A DNA stretch of 64,000 bases, taken from the NCBI GenBank assembly GCA_963812015.1, contig CAWETI010000003.1, positions 672,001-736,000 of the forward strand, given 5' to 3'. Position numbers and translations under genes: made by a program. The DNA is from an uncultured delta proteobacterium (lineage in GTDB: Bacteria; Desulfobacterota; Desulfobaccia; Desulfobaccales; 0-14-0-80-60-11). Shown piece after piece: positions 34,687 through 43,551 of this stretch. Below the pieces are notes generated by a model. It was not told where the DNA came from and did not search any database. It worked only from the letters and a program-made list of their open reading frames with translations. Each line of letters opens with the position of its first letter. Position 1 is the first letter of the stretch.

Positions 34687-35106
34687 ATGGAAGACCAGTA
34701 CGAACCGCTGATTGTCGCTTTCTGCTGCAACTGGTGCTCTTACGCCGGGGCCGACCTGGCCGGGGTCTCCCGGATTCAGTATCCCGCCAACGGTCGCATC
34801 ATCCGGGTGATGTGCTCGGGGATGGTCCACCCCAACCTGGTGATCAACGCCCTCACCAAAGGCGCCGACGGCGTCCTGGTGTGCGGGTGACACCTGGGCG
34901 AATGTCATTACCTGGAAGGTAATAAAAAAGCCCAAGACCGAGCGGAAGGAATTGATTTAATGCTGGAAGACTTCGGCCTGGAGCCGGAGCGGTTCCGGAT
35001 CGAGTGGATTGCGTCCGCGGAAGCCCAGAAATTCGCGGACGTGATGACGGAGATGACCGAAGCCTTACGGATGCTGGGCCCCAGCCCATACAGCACCAGG
35101 GCATGA
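34687..35106 (+). CDS. mvhD: MvhD hydrogenase 2Fe-2S subunit, 139 aa, Sec68
   Basis: [17 protein letters not shown], then [15 protein letters not shown]...EWIASAE...LGPSPY continuing past TGA 34888-90 to TGA 35104-06. Confidence 0.93.
34907..34923 (+). promoter_or_regulatory. Bacterial SECIS-like hairpin (mvhD)
   Basis: ATTACCT-GGA-AGGTAAT perfect 7-bp stem, loop GG at +24/+25. Confidence 0.8.
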
Positions 35107-35242
35107 TGCAGAGAAACCGGCGAAGCGGGCACAAGGGGGACCGGGAATGGAACAGGGAAGGCTCAGGCTTTCTCTCCCATGTCGCCGCGTCGCCTTTGGC
35201 CTGATTCGCTTCTTTTTTTTAGCTTAGGAAGGAGATACGCTC

Positions 35243-35440
35243 ATGGACATCCCCTTGGCCAGAAAGGTCAACGGCAAAAAATTCATGTGGGACGGCGTCG
35301 TCTACGAGAGTGACGAGCAGGCCCAACAGGTTATGGAGGACTATGCCAAAGACGGATTCGAGGTAGAAAAGGTGGTCGAGGACGGCCAGTTCCTGGTGTA
35401 CAACCGCAGGGTCGCGGAAGCCGCACCAGCGAATAGTTAA
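35243..35440 (+). CDS. Small acidic hypothetical protein inside the mvh operon
   Basis: 65 aa, RBS AAGGAG, host-like codon usage, KKFMWDG..Y..DGFEV..LVYNRRV. Confidence 0.75.
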   Translation: MDIPLARKVNGKKFMWDGVVYESDEQAQQVMEDYAKDGFEVEKVVEDGQFLVYNRRVAEAAPANS

Positions 35441-35521
35441 CCGGAAGGGCCAGGGTGCGGGCGGCAGCTAGTCGGACACCGAAAAGCTGACTGCTGGGCA
35501 CTTACCAAAGGAGGGCACACC

Positions 35522-36466
35522 ATGCCGGTAAATGTAGTGTCAGAGTGGTTGAATGCCTGCTCCGGTTGTGAGATCTCCATTCTCAACACCGGGGAGGCGT
35601 TGTTGGACCTGTTACCCCATCTCAATTTTGTCCACATCCCCGCTTTAGTAGATCATAAGTATTATGGTCAACTGGGGGATGGGGCGACCCTGGAGATCCC
35701 CGAGGCCGTAGTGGGTATCGTCTCCGGTGGCGTCCGCAACACCGAGCACGAGCACGTTTTGAAAGCGGTAAGGGAGAAGGTGAAATTCCTCATTGCCCTG
35801 GGCAGTTGTGCGGGCTTTGGGGGCGTGCCGGCCGAGGCCAACATGTGGAAGGGCGAGGAAGTCTTCGACAAAGTCTTCCGCCATTGCGTCACCACCGAGC
35901 CGTCCGCGGACCCCAAAGACCCCAATGTGCCCGTGTGGACGCCCAGCTGCAAGGCCCTGGACGAAGTGGTCAAGGTGGATATCACCATTCCCGGCTGTCC
36001 GCCCCACCCGGATTGGATTGCCGAGGCCCTCACCGCCTTGCTGGAAGGCAAGACGGCCTGGGCCCTGCCGGAGCGGAGCGTGTGCGACACCTGTCCGGTC
36101 ATCCGGGAGAAGAAATCTGGCGGCGGCCCCATCAAACGGGGTTTGACCAACATCGATTTCAACCCCGAAGAAGGCCTGGAGAAGATGCGCTGCATCAATG
36201 AGCAGGGCTTTTTCTGTATGGGGCCGGTAACCCTGGCGGGCTGCGCCGGCAAGACCGGGGTGCCTCGCTGCGTGCAGGCCCGGACTCCGTGCCGGGGTTG
36301 TTTCGGCCCCATCCGCAAGGGGGCCCGGCCCATGGTGGACATGATGGGCGCCCTGACCTCGGTGGGTCTGGATCCCAAAACCTTGATAGACCGTCGGGCC
36401 ATCATGAATCGCTATATCGGCGCGCATGGCTTCCTGACACCGCTGCCGGCCCGGCCGGCACGATAG
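35522..36466 (+). CDS. mvhG: Group 3c NiFe hydrogenase small subunit
   Basis: ACSGCEISI, ALGSCAGFGG, IPGCPP, SVCDTCP, CMGPVTLAGC, PCRGCFGP; no Tat signal. Confidence 0.92.
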   Translation: MPVNVVSEWLNACSGCEISILNTGEALLDLLPHLNFVHIPALVDHKYYGQLGDGATLEIPEAVVGIVSGGVRNTEHEHVLKAVREKVKFLIALGSCAGFGGVPAEANMWKGEEVFDKVFRHCVTTEPSADPKDPNVPVWTPSCKALDEVVKVDITIPGCPPHPDWIAEALTALLEGKTAWALPERSVCDTCPVIREKKSGGGPIKRGLTNIDFNPEEGLEKMRCINEQGFFCMGPVTLAGCAGKTGVPRCVQARTPCRGCFGPIRKGARPMVDMMGALTSVGLDPKTLIDRRAIMNRYIGAHGFLTPLPARPAR

Positions 36467-36478
36467 GGGGTGAGGACT

Positions 36479-37921
36479 ATGGGAAAAGTAATCAATATTC
36501 AACCGGTTACCCGGATCGAAGGCCACGCCAAGGTGGCCATCACGCTGGATGATGCAGGCAACGTCACCGATACCAAGGTGCACGTCCAGGCGCTGCGCGG
36601 CTTTGAAAAATTCTGCGAAGGCCGCCCGGTGGAGGAAATGCCCCGGATCGTCTGCCACATCTGCGGCATCTGTCCCTGGGCCCATCACCTGGCTTCCAGC
36701 AAGGCGGCCGACGCCTGCCTGGGAGTGACGCCGCCCCCCGCGGCGGTGAAACTGCGCCGGCTGATGCAAAGTATCGCCTACGTCAGCGACAAGATCCTCC
36801 ACTTCTACTTCCTGGCGGCGCCGGACTTCGTCATCGGCCCCGACGCCGACTACTCGGTGCGCAACGTAGTGGGCATTATCCAGGCGGCTCCGGACATCGC
36901 CAAGAAGGTGGTGCAGATGCGCCACATGGGGGCCCAGATGCTGGAGCACTTCGCGGGCCGAGCCATCCATCCCACCTTCTCCCAGGCCGGCGGGGTCAGC
37001 AAGCCCATGACCGAAACCGAGCGGAAGGAGATGCTGCCCCTGGCCAATGAACTGCTGGAGTTCTCCAAGTTCTCCATCAACTTCGCCAAGGAAAACGTCT
37101 TTCCCAAGTACCTGGATGCCATCAAATCCATCGGGGTCATCAAGGTAGGGTGTATGGGCACCGTCACGGACGACGGCGCCCTGGACTTCTACGACGGCAA
37201 ACTGCGGCTGATGAAGCCCGACGGCACCTACGATGATTTCGCCTACGATCAGTACGTGGACTACATCGGGGAGTGGGTGGAGCCCTGGTCCTACCAGAAG
37301 TTCCCCTATGCCAAGAAGTGGGGCAAACTCGACATGTCCCTGGACCACCCCGTGGGCGTCTACCGCACCAACTGTTTGGCCCGGATCAACGTGGCCGACA
37401 AGATGAAAACGCCTTTGGCCCAGGCGGAGTTGGAGGAGTTCCGGGCGGCATTTGGCCGGCCGGCCCACTTCACCCTGCTGTACCACTACGCCCGCCTCAT
37501 CGAACTGGTGCAGGCGGCGGAGACCGCGGTGCAGCTGTTGAACGACCCGGAGATCACCAGCCCGGACATCCGGGCGAAGGTCGAACCCAAAGCCGGCCGG
37601 GGCATCGGCTGCGTGGAAGCCCCCCGGGGCACGTTGATCCACGACTACACCTGTGACGACAATGGCCTGATCACCAACGTCAACCTGATTGTGGGCACCA
37701 CTCACAACAACGCCGCCATCAACATGTCGGTCAACCAGGCGGCCAAGACCTTCATCAAGGACGGCAAGTATGACCAGGGAATCCTGAACAAGGTGGAAAT
37801 GGCCATACGCGCCTACGACCCGTGACTGAGCTGCGCCACTCACCGCCTGGATGGCGGTGTCGCTGTGGAAGTCACCTTCTTGAATCAGAAACAAGAGGTG
37901 ATCGACCAGCTCAGGAACTAA
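36479..37921 (+). CDS. mvhA: Group 3c [NiFeSe] hydrogenase large subunit, 480 aa, Sec449
   Basis: [18 protein letters not shown] (L1), [10 protein letters not shown]2 AYDP-U-LSCATH through TGA 37823-25, then 25-aa C-terminal extension to TAA 37919-21. Confidence 0.93.
37841..37859 (+). promoter_or_regulatory. Bacterial SECIS-like hairpin (mvhA)
   Basis: CACCGCC-TGGAT-GGCGGTG perfect 7-bp stem, loop GG at +24/+25. Confidence 0.82.
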
Positions 37922-37941
37922 GTAAGCGGTCAGTTATCAGC

Positions 37942-37990
37942 AAAAAAATGGAGCCACAGGGAATAGCCAAAGCCCTGTGGCTCTATTTTT
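37942..37990. terminator. Bidirectional intrinsic terminator
   Basis: A7-..GAGCCACAGGG (37951-61) / CCCTGTGGCTC (37973-83)..T5 between convergent genes. Confidence 0.7.
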
Positions 37991-38089
37991 CTCGCTCCTC
38001 AGCCCTGGTGGGGAGCGAAAATATGGCCCAAGCTTTGCTTGGATGCAGTTCGTCAGGGTAAATGACGGCCCGGAGCAGCCGGGCCCAGG

Positions 38090-38644
38090 TCATTTCCCCG
38101 CCTTGCCCCGGGATTTGAATTCCCGGTGGCAGGAGGCCATGCAGTTTTGCAGATCGCGCAATTCATGGAGCATGAATTCCTGCTGGCGGTTGGCCACGGC
38201 GTGCTGCAAGTTGGCCAGGTGGTCCAGATATTCCTGCATGGCCCCCTGCCAGTCCGGCTCGGCCATGGCCGCAAAAGCCTGGGAGCTGGCCACGAAGTCT
38301 TCCAAGGTTCGGGCCTCGGGAAAGGCGCCCTGGCCCACCGCCTGCTGGAGCGCCTTAAAGTCGGCGCCCAGGCGCTTCTTGACGCTTTTCAGGGAGTCCT
38401 GCCAGCGGCTGACTTGGTCCCGACCCCCCCGGTCATAGTCCCCCAATGTGGACCAGGACCAGCTCAGCTTGGCATGTATGCGCCCCTTCTTTTCCTTGAA
38501 CTCCATGCTGACGTCCAGGTCATCCGGCGCGGTCCAGTGGCGCCCCTGGACTTCCAGGCCGCCCCGGCGCAGTTGCTCACTTAAATTTTTCAGATAATCC
38601 GCCAGCACCAGCCGGCTCCAGGTCCGTTCGTCTTTTTCTCCCAT
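38090..38644 (-). CDS. Amphi-Trp + XXXCH domain protein (GAK-system type)
   Basis: N-terminal SR..LADYL..L...KLSWSW amphi-Trp pattern; helical C-terminus ending CMASCHREFK. Confidence 0.7.
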   Translation of the reverse strand: MGEKDERTWSRLVLADYLKNLSEQLRRGGLEVQGRHWTAPDDLDVSMEFKEKKGRIHAKLSWSWSTLGDYDRGGRDQVSRWQDSLKSVKKRLGADFKALQQAVGQGAFPEARTLEDFVASSQAFAAMAEPDWQGAMQEYLDHLANLQHAVANRQQEFMLHELRDLQNCMASCHREFKSRGKAGK

Positions 38645-38724
38645 GCCGGGTCACCTCATTGGCGTTAAAAAGTGGGGCTGGATCAGGTGATCGCCATGCC
38701 GATGGCCGAAAGTCGCGGCGGCCA

Positions 38725-40635
38725 TCAGCCGATGACTTCATCCCGCTCGATGAGCCGTGCCATTTCCTCGTCCCGGAGGACCATCTCTTCTCCCCGGAGC
38801 AACCTTCCCACCGCGGTGAGGAGATGCCGGGCGGCCAGTTGATTGGGCAGGTAGACATAGTCAGCCCCGGCGTTATAGAGCGCCAGGGCCCGGGACGGAC
38901 TTTCGGCGGTGACGATGATCCGGGCCTTCGGGGCGGTCTTCTTGATCCGATCAATTAATTTGAGATTATCCGTCCCCACCAGGATCTCATCGGGGATGGT
39001 GGAGATGACGAGCTTGGCCGCTTCAAGGCCGGCGTGGTGCAGAGTTTCCGAGTTGCTGATGTCGCCATAGACGACCTTGACGCCGTGGTGCGGCAATTTC
39101 TGCAATACCCCCGGGTTGAAATCCACCACCACCAGCCGGTCTTTAATATCCACCGCGGCGTCTTCGATTTCCTGAATGAAGGCGCTGGCGACCCGGAAAA
39201 AGCCCAGGATGGCAATGTCTTTATGGACCTCCACCTGGTCCGGGGTATCGCTCTTAAGATCCCGGAAGCCGATAAAACCCAGGCCTTTACTCAAGCAGGC
39301 CTGGAGATTATGATTGTACTTGATCATGTAGGTGGAGGCGACGGAGGTCATCACAAACACAAAGATGATAATGGTTTGAATGTCCGGGACAATATGCCGC
39401 TCTTTGATGCCGATGACGGTGATCACCAGGGCGAACTCGCTGAGCTGGGACAGGTTGATGGAGGTCAGGAGGCTGATCCGGTTGCCGTTTTTTAGGAAAT
39501 AAAGGATGGGAAAGACCGAGAGGAACCGGGAGGCGATGAGAAAGAGGGCCGCGGCCCCCGCCACCAGGAACATCCCCAGGTTGTCCAGGGGATTGGGAAT
39601 TGCCATCCCCAACGCCACAAAAAACAAGGTGATGAAAAAATCCCGGATGTTGACGATTTTGGCAATGATATCAAGGTTGTAAGGAAAGGTGGAGATGGCC
39701 ACCCCGGCAATCAGGGCCCCCATTTCCATGGAGAGGCCGAACGAGCTGGCCAGGCCGGCGATGAGGAAACACCATCCCAGGGAGGCCACCAGGATAAGTT
39801 CCGGGAGTCGGGCAATTTTGCGGAAGATATATCCCAACACGTATTTGCTGAGGACCAGACTGAAGATGACGAGCAGCCCGGCCTCGCCGAACTGCCACAA
39901 GATTTCCAGGAACTGGGGGTTGGCCAGAGTGGACTGGATGCTCAAAAGCACGATGGCCCAGATATCCTGAAAGACTAGGACGCCCAGGGTGAGCCGGCCG
40001 GCCAGGGTGTCCAGTTCGAACTTCTCATAGAGCAGCTTCACCACAATGGTGGTGCTGCTGAGGGCCATACACACGGCTAAATAGAGCAGATCGTATTCGC
40101 CGCCCAGGACCTTGACGCCGAAGATGCGATACTCATAGGGTTCGCCGATGGTGAACCCCAGCAGCATGAAGAAGCCCAGGCCCATGGCGGCGCAGAGAAT
40201 GAACTGGAAAATGCCCGTGGCAATAAGGGATTTGCCCGATTCCTTTAACTTCTTCAGGTCCAACTCCAGCCCGATCATGAACAACAGGAGGATCAGGCCG
40301 ATTTCGGCGATAATCCGGATGTCCGCCTGGCTCTGGACCCAGCCGAAGCCGAAACGGGGGCCGATGGCTGCGCCGGCGGCAATGTAGGCCAGCAACAGCG
40401 GCTGCTTAAACAGGTAGGCCAGATAGGCCAGAACCGTGGCGGCCAGAATGCTGATGCCGATGGCCGACAGCAGGCCGTGGCCGCTGCCGTCAGTGCTGGC
40501 CCAGGCAACTCCGGGGGTCGAGAGCACGAGCGCCGCTAACAGGAGAAGCCTGAATGGCCGATACCTGAACCTGACCAACCGGGCCGAGGTCAACCCCGCC
40601 CTCCTCCTTCCTGATATCCAGAGCCCCATAATCAC
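38725..40635 (-). CDS. CPA2 cation:proton antiporter with C-terminal KTN/RCK domain (KefB/C-like)
   Basis: LLLFMIGLEL, ALSSTTIVVKLL, GVLVFQD, IRDFFITLFFVALG, SQLSEFA, VVYGDIS; start uncertain. Confidence 0.88.
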   Translation of the reverse strand: MIMGLWISGRRRAGLTSARLVRFRYRPFRLLLLAALVLSTPGVAWASTDGSGHGLLSAIGISILAATVLAYLAYLFKQPLLLAYIAAGAAIGPRFGFGWVQSQADIRIIAEIGLILLLFMIGLELDLKKLKESGKSLIATGIFQFILCAAMGLGFFMLLGFTIGEPYEYRIFGVKVLGGEYDLLYLAVCMALSSTTIVVKLLYEKFELDTLAGRLTLGVLVFQDIWAIVLLSIQSTLANPQFLEILWQFGEAGLLVIFSLVLSKYVLGYIFRKIARLPELILVASLGWCFLIAGLASSFGLSMEMGALIAGVAISTFPYNLDIIAKIVNIRDFFITLFFVALGMAIPNPLDNLGMFLVAGAAALFLIASRFLSVFPILYFLKNGNRISLLTSINLSQLSEFALVITVIGIKERHIVPDIQTIIIFVFVMTSVASTYMIKYNHNLQACLSKGLGFIGFRDLKSDTPDQVEVHKDIAILGFFRVASAFIQEIEDAAVDIKDRLVVVDFNPGVLQKLPHHGVKVVYGDISNSETLHHAGLEAAKLVISTIPDEILVGTDNLKLIDRIKKTAPKARIIVTAESPSRALALYNAGADYVYLPNQLAARHLLTAVGRLLRGEEMVLRDEEMARLIERDEVIG

Positions 40636-40832
40636 CTCTTTCCTCTATGACTTCTTCGGACCAGCCTGAGAAAATAGTTAAGGAGCCGGAGACTATCCGA
40701 GCTAAAAAAACATACCATGGCTGGAAACGAATTTTGCAGGCTCTTAAAAAAAAAGCCCAGGATTTTGGATCCGAGGCCAACGTCCAGCCTGGAGTGGCGA
40801 AGCTGATGAAGAGGCTGATTGATTAAAATAAC

Positions 40833-40882
40833 TGGCGCCCCCGGCCCGACTCGAACGGGCGACACATGGATTATGAATCCAT
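40833..40882 (-). pseudogene. tRNA 3' fragment (anticodon arm, T arm, acceptor 3' strand, CCA) = att site
   Basis: Minus strand ATGGA-TTCATAA-TCCAT GTGTC GCCCG-TTCGAGT-CGGGC CGGGGGC G CCA; no D arm or 5' acceptor strand upstream; 163 bp from integrase start. Confidence 0.85.
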
Positions 40883-40891
40883 TTCAATATA

Positions 40892-41031
40892 AGTAGACCG
40901 TAAATCCCTCAAGTTCACACAAGTAGAAAAATCCCTTTACAATCAATAGTTATATATGGTATAGAAGGTGTCAGTAGTAGACAGTAATTAAACTAAGTTC
41001 ACTTATTAAGGTTATCCCTTGGTTATCCCTT
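40892..41031 (+). repeat. Direct repeats between att and int (candidate arm-type/accessory sites)
   Basis: AGTAGAC-nGTAA-N7-AAGTTCAC at 40892-40918 and 40976-41002; GGTTATCCCTT x2 at 41010-41031. Confidence 0.65.
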
Positions 41032-41045
41032 GGGCGGAGGCGGTC

Positions 41046-42215
41046 ATGGCGAAGAAAATATCTGTCAAGAAATATGCCGGGGTTTATTACACGGAATCTG
41101 TCGCGAAGAAGTGGCGGGAACGCGCCGACCGTATCTACTGGGTAGCCTTCAAGGACGCCAAGACCAATAAGCTGCGCTGGGAGCGGTGCGGCTGGGCCTC
41201 TGAGGGCTGGACTCCGGAAGCTGCACAAAGGCGCCGGCATGAACTTTTAGAGCAGGACAGAGCGGGAGACTATAAGCCCAAGCAGGAGCGCAAGTCCGAT
41301 CAACTGACTTTCGGGGAACTCATGGAAAAGCATTATCTCGCATGGGCAAAAGAACACAAGGGGCATTCCTTAGGTGATTTTTCTCGTTATACCCATTGGC
41401 TCAAGCCCCGGTTTGCCACCAAAGCCTTGAAGGATATTTCACCCCTGGATCTGGAACGCCTGAAAAGGGAAATGCGGGAGGCAGGGAAAAGCGAAGCCAC
41501 GGTAAGGCACGTGCTCTGCATAGTCCGTCAGGGTTTCAACAAGGCTGTGGTCTGGCGGTTGTGGTCAGGTGAGAACCCTTGTAAGGGAGTGTCGTTTCCC
41601 TCCCCCAATAATGCCCGGCAAAGGTTTTTGAGCCAGGAAGAAGCGGCCAAAGTTCTTGAATCTTTGCGGCGTCGTAGTGATCAAGTGGCCCGGATCGCTA
41701 CCTTGTCGCTTTATGGTGGCTTGCGCTTGGGGGAAGTTCTGGGACTCAGATGGTCCAACGTGGATCTCAAGAACGGGATCATATTCGTGCAAGACAGCAA
41801 AAACCGAGAATCCAGACCCATTTTCATCACCGAACCCATAAAGCAGGTTTTGGGTGAATTAACCCCTGGGGCCCCGGATGAACTCCTATTCAAGACCAAA
41901 GCCGGTAATCCCGTTCAACAGTTGAGCAAGTCTTTTGCTATCACGGTGAACGAACTCAAATTAAACGAAGGCGTCTCGGACCCCCGAGAGCGTGTCAGCT
42001 TTCACACCTTGCGGCACACCTATGCTTCTTGGGCAGTTATGGCTGGCGTACCCATCTACATCGTGGGGAAATCCATCGGCCACAAGACAATGGCCATGAC
42101 CCAGCGTTATGCTCACTTGGCCCCCGAGAGCCACAGGGCAGCTTTTGAGGCCGTAGCTCAAAGCGGCAAGGTGAACGGCAATAACCTCCAGGTGGTGAAC
42201 CTGGAGGATAAATAA
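41046..42215 (+). CDS. int: Tyrosine recombinase/integrase
   Basis: GLRLGE (R), SKN (K), HTLRH, IGH, RYAH catalytic set; N-terminal arm-binding-like region; RBS GGAGG. Confidence 0.95.
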   Translation: MAKKISVKKYAGVYYTESVAKKWRERADRIYWVAFKDAKTNKLRWERCGWASEGWTPEAAQRRRHELLEQDRAGDYKPKQERKSDQLTFGELMEKHYLAWAKEHKGHSLGDFSRYTHWLKPRFATKALKDISPLDLERLKREMREAGKSEATVRHVLCIVRQGFNKAVVWRLWSGENPCKGVSFPSPNNARQRFLSQEEAAKVLESLRRRSDQVARIATLSLYGGLRLGEVLGLRWSNVDLKNGIIFVQDSKNRESRPIFITEPIKQVLGELTPGAPDELLFKTKAGNPVQQLSKSFAITVNELKLNEGVSDPRERVSFHTLRHTYASWAVMAGVPIYIVGKSIGHKTMAMTQRYAHLAPESHRAAFEAVAQSGKVNGNNLQVVNLEDK

Positions 42216-42289
42216 ACGGGCCGGCCCGAGTGCGGAGACACCCAGACCGGCCTTAACCACCCCACAAACCTATCAAGGAGATTCATGTC

Positions 42290-42601
42290 ATGGCTGAAGA
42301 TCAGTTTACCACAGGCGCGGAAGTGAGTGAAGGGCAGACCTCACCTGCTGAGGCCAAAGAGGATGATAATTCGGAGAGCTTTTGGGGGGATGATTACACC
42401 GAAATTATCATGAGCCTAGACCAGATAAAAGCCCTCGGCGATGTGTTGACGACCGCAATTGGCGATGCCATGAGACACTATGAAGGTAAAGGCTATACCC
42501 CCTTTAATTTGGACGATAAAAGTTTGATAAGCATAGGCCATCTGATTCAGGAAAAAACCACCAGGATAAAGGCTCTGGTGGGAGAAGTAATGGTATTATA
42601 G
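42290..42601 (+). CDS. Acidic hypothetical protein
   Basis: 103-aa ORF with RBS AAGGAG, followed by terminator. Confidence 0.6.
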   Translation: MAEDQFTTGAEVSEGQTSPAEAKEDDNSESFWGDDYTEIIMSLDQIKALGDVLTTAIGDAMRHYEGKGYTPFNLDDKSLISIGHLIQEKTTRIKALVGEVMVL

Positions 42602-42610
42602 TTGTCGGCT

Positions 42611-42641
42611 ATGGGAGGGCGCCCCAGGCGTCCTCCCATTT
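42611..42641 (+). terminator. Hairpin terminator
   Basis: ATGGGAGGGCGCC-CCA-GGCGTCCTCCCAT followed by short T run. Confidence 0.55.
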
Positions 42642-43335
42642 CAGTAAACTCAAAATTCAGGGAATAAGGGCCGGCTGATCCCCAGCCCCGACAAGGCGGA
42701 TTTCCTGGGCCGCCTTCCCCGAATAATTACCAGGATCATCACCAGGTTTCCCCTGCCAACTCAGGATTTGGCTTAAAAGAACCCGGAGCAGCAGCCCGGG
42801 CCAAGAGCAGCGACAATATCTCTTTCACAAAATAGGGCCAGGGTTTCTCCCTGGTCCTATCGTTTGTCCCTCGGTTACACGTTATCGAACACCGTCATGC
42901 TCCCCTGCCGGTCCCAAAACAGTTTTCTTCAATGAATCAGCCTTCATTTTTTCCTGCTTAGTAAGACGCCATTTTATTATTGGCTCCATCCAGTAATATT
43001 GTAGACGATCAGCACTAAAGCAGTTCAAAAGTGGGATAATTATTGAGGGAGAGAGTGATATTGGGGGAACAAATGGAATAAAAAAAGTTATTATCGAGAG
43101 TAATTCCGTCAGAAACCACTATATCTTCGCATGAGCATCCCACCTAATACGGCTCTTTTGGTAACTCATTAATTTAATTAAGAATAAAAAATTACTCTTT
43201 TTTCATTTTGGCCCTGGACATTGTTAAACAGGCGTGTATCATGGTAGTCAACATATTGATTCTATTGTCAGATTTGTCAAACAGATGTCGTGAAACGTTG
43301 ATGGTAACAGGGCTTTTGTTGTTTAGGGGGTAAAA

Positions 43336-43551
43336 ATGCGATCTATATTTATCGCTTTCCGTGTCACCAAAGTTGAGAAAAAAAATGTTGAAAGATTGGC
43401 GCGGCAGTTCGGGTGCGGATCATTGTCTGATTTCATTCGACTGGTCATACGGCTGGCCGATCCTAAGACCAATCAGGCCGCGGATCGGATGAACTATGCA
43501 CGGCATAAAAAAACCCCGGGGGATGAGGCCCGGGGGCAAGACCAAATATAA
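43336..43551 (+). CDS. Ribbon-helix-helix DNA-binding protein (CopG/MobA-like)
   Basis: IAFRVTKVEK..VERLA..GCGSLSDFIR strand-helix-helix pattern. Confidence 0.6.
   Translation: MRSIFIAFRVTKVEKKNVERLARQFGCGSLSDFIRLVIRLADPKTNQAADRMNYARHKKTPGDEARGQDQI

Noticed and set aside
30081..37825. hdrA, mvhD and mvhA as nonsense-mutated pseudogenes
   Set aside because: All three TGAs fall on conserved Cys positions, the frames continue intact and each has a hairpin at identical spacing; Sec recoding explains this better
35645..37894. 749-aa minus-strand ORF (also 30786-32480, 21576-23015, 25896-27044 and similar)
   Set aside because: Antisense shadows of well-supported GC-rich genes with no recognisable motifs
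37822..38061. Separate VhuU-like peptide downstream of mvhA
   Set aside because: This ORF is in a different frame; the U-xx-C motif is contiguous with MvhA
40833..40910. Functional tRNA-Met/Ile gene
   Set aside because: No D arm or 5' acceptor strand; only the 3' 50 nt fold
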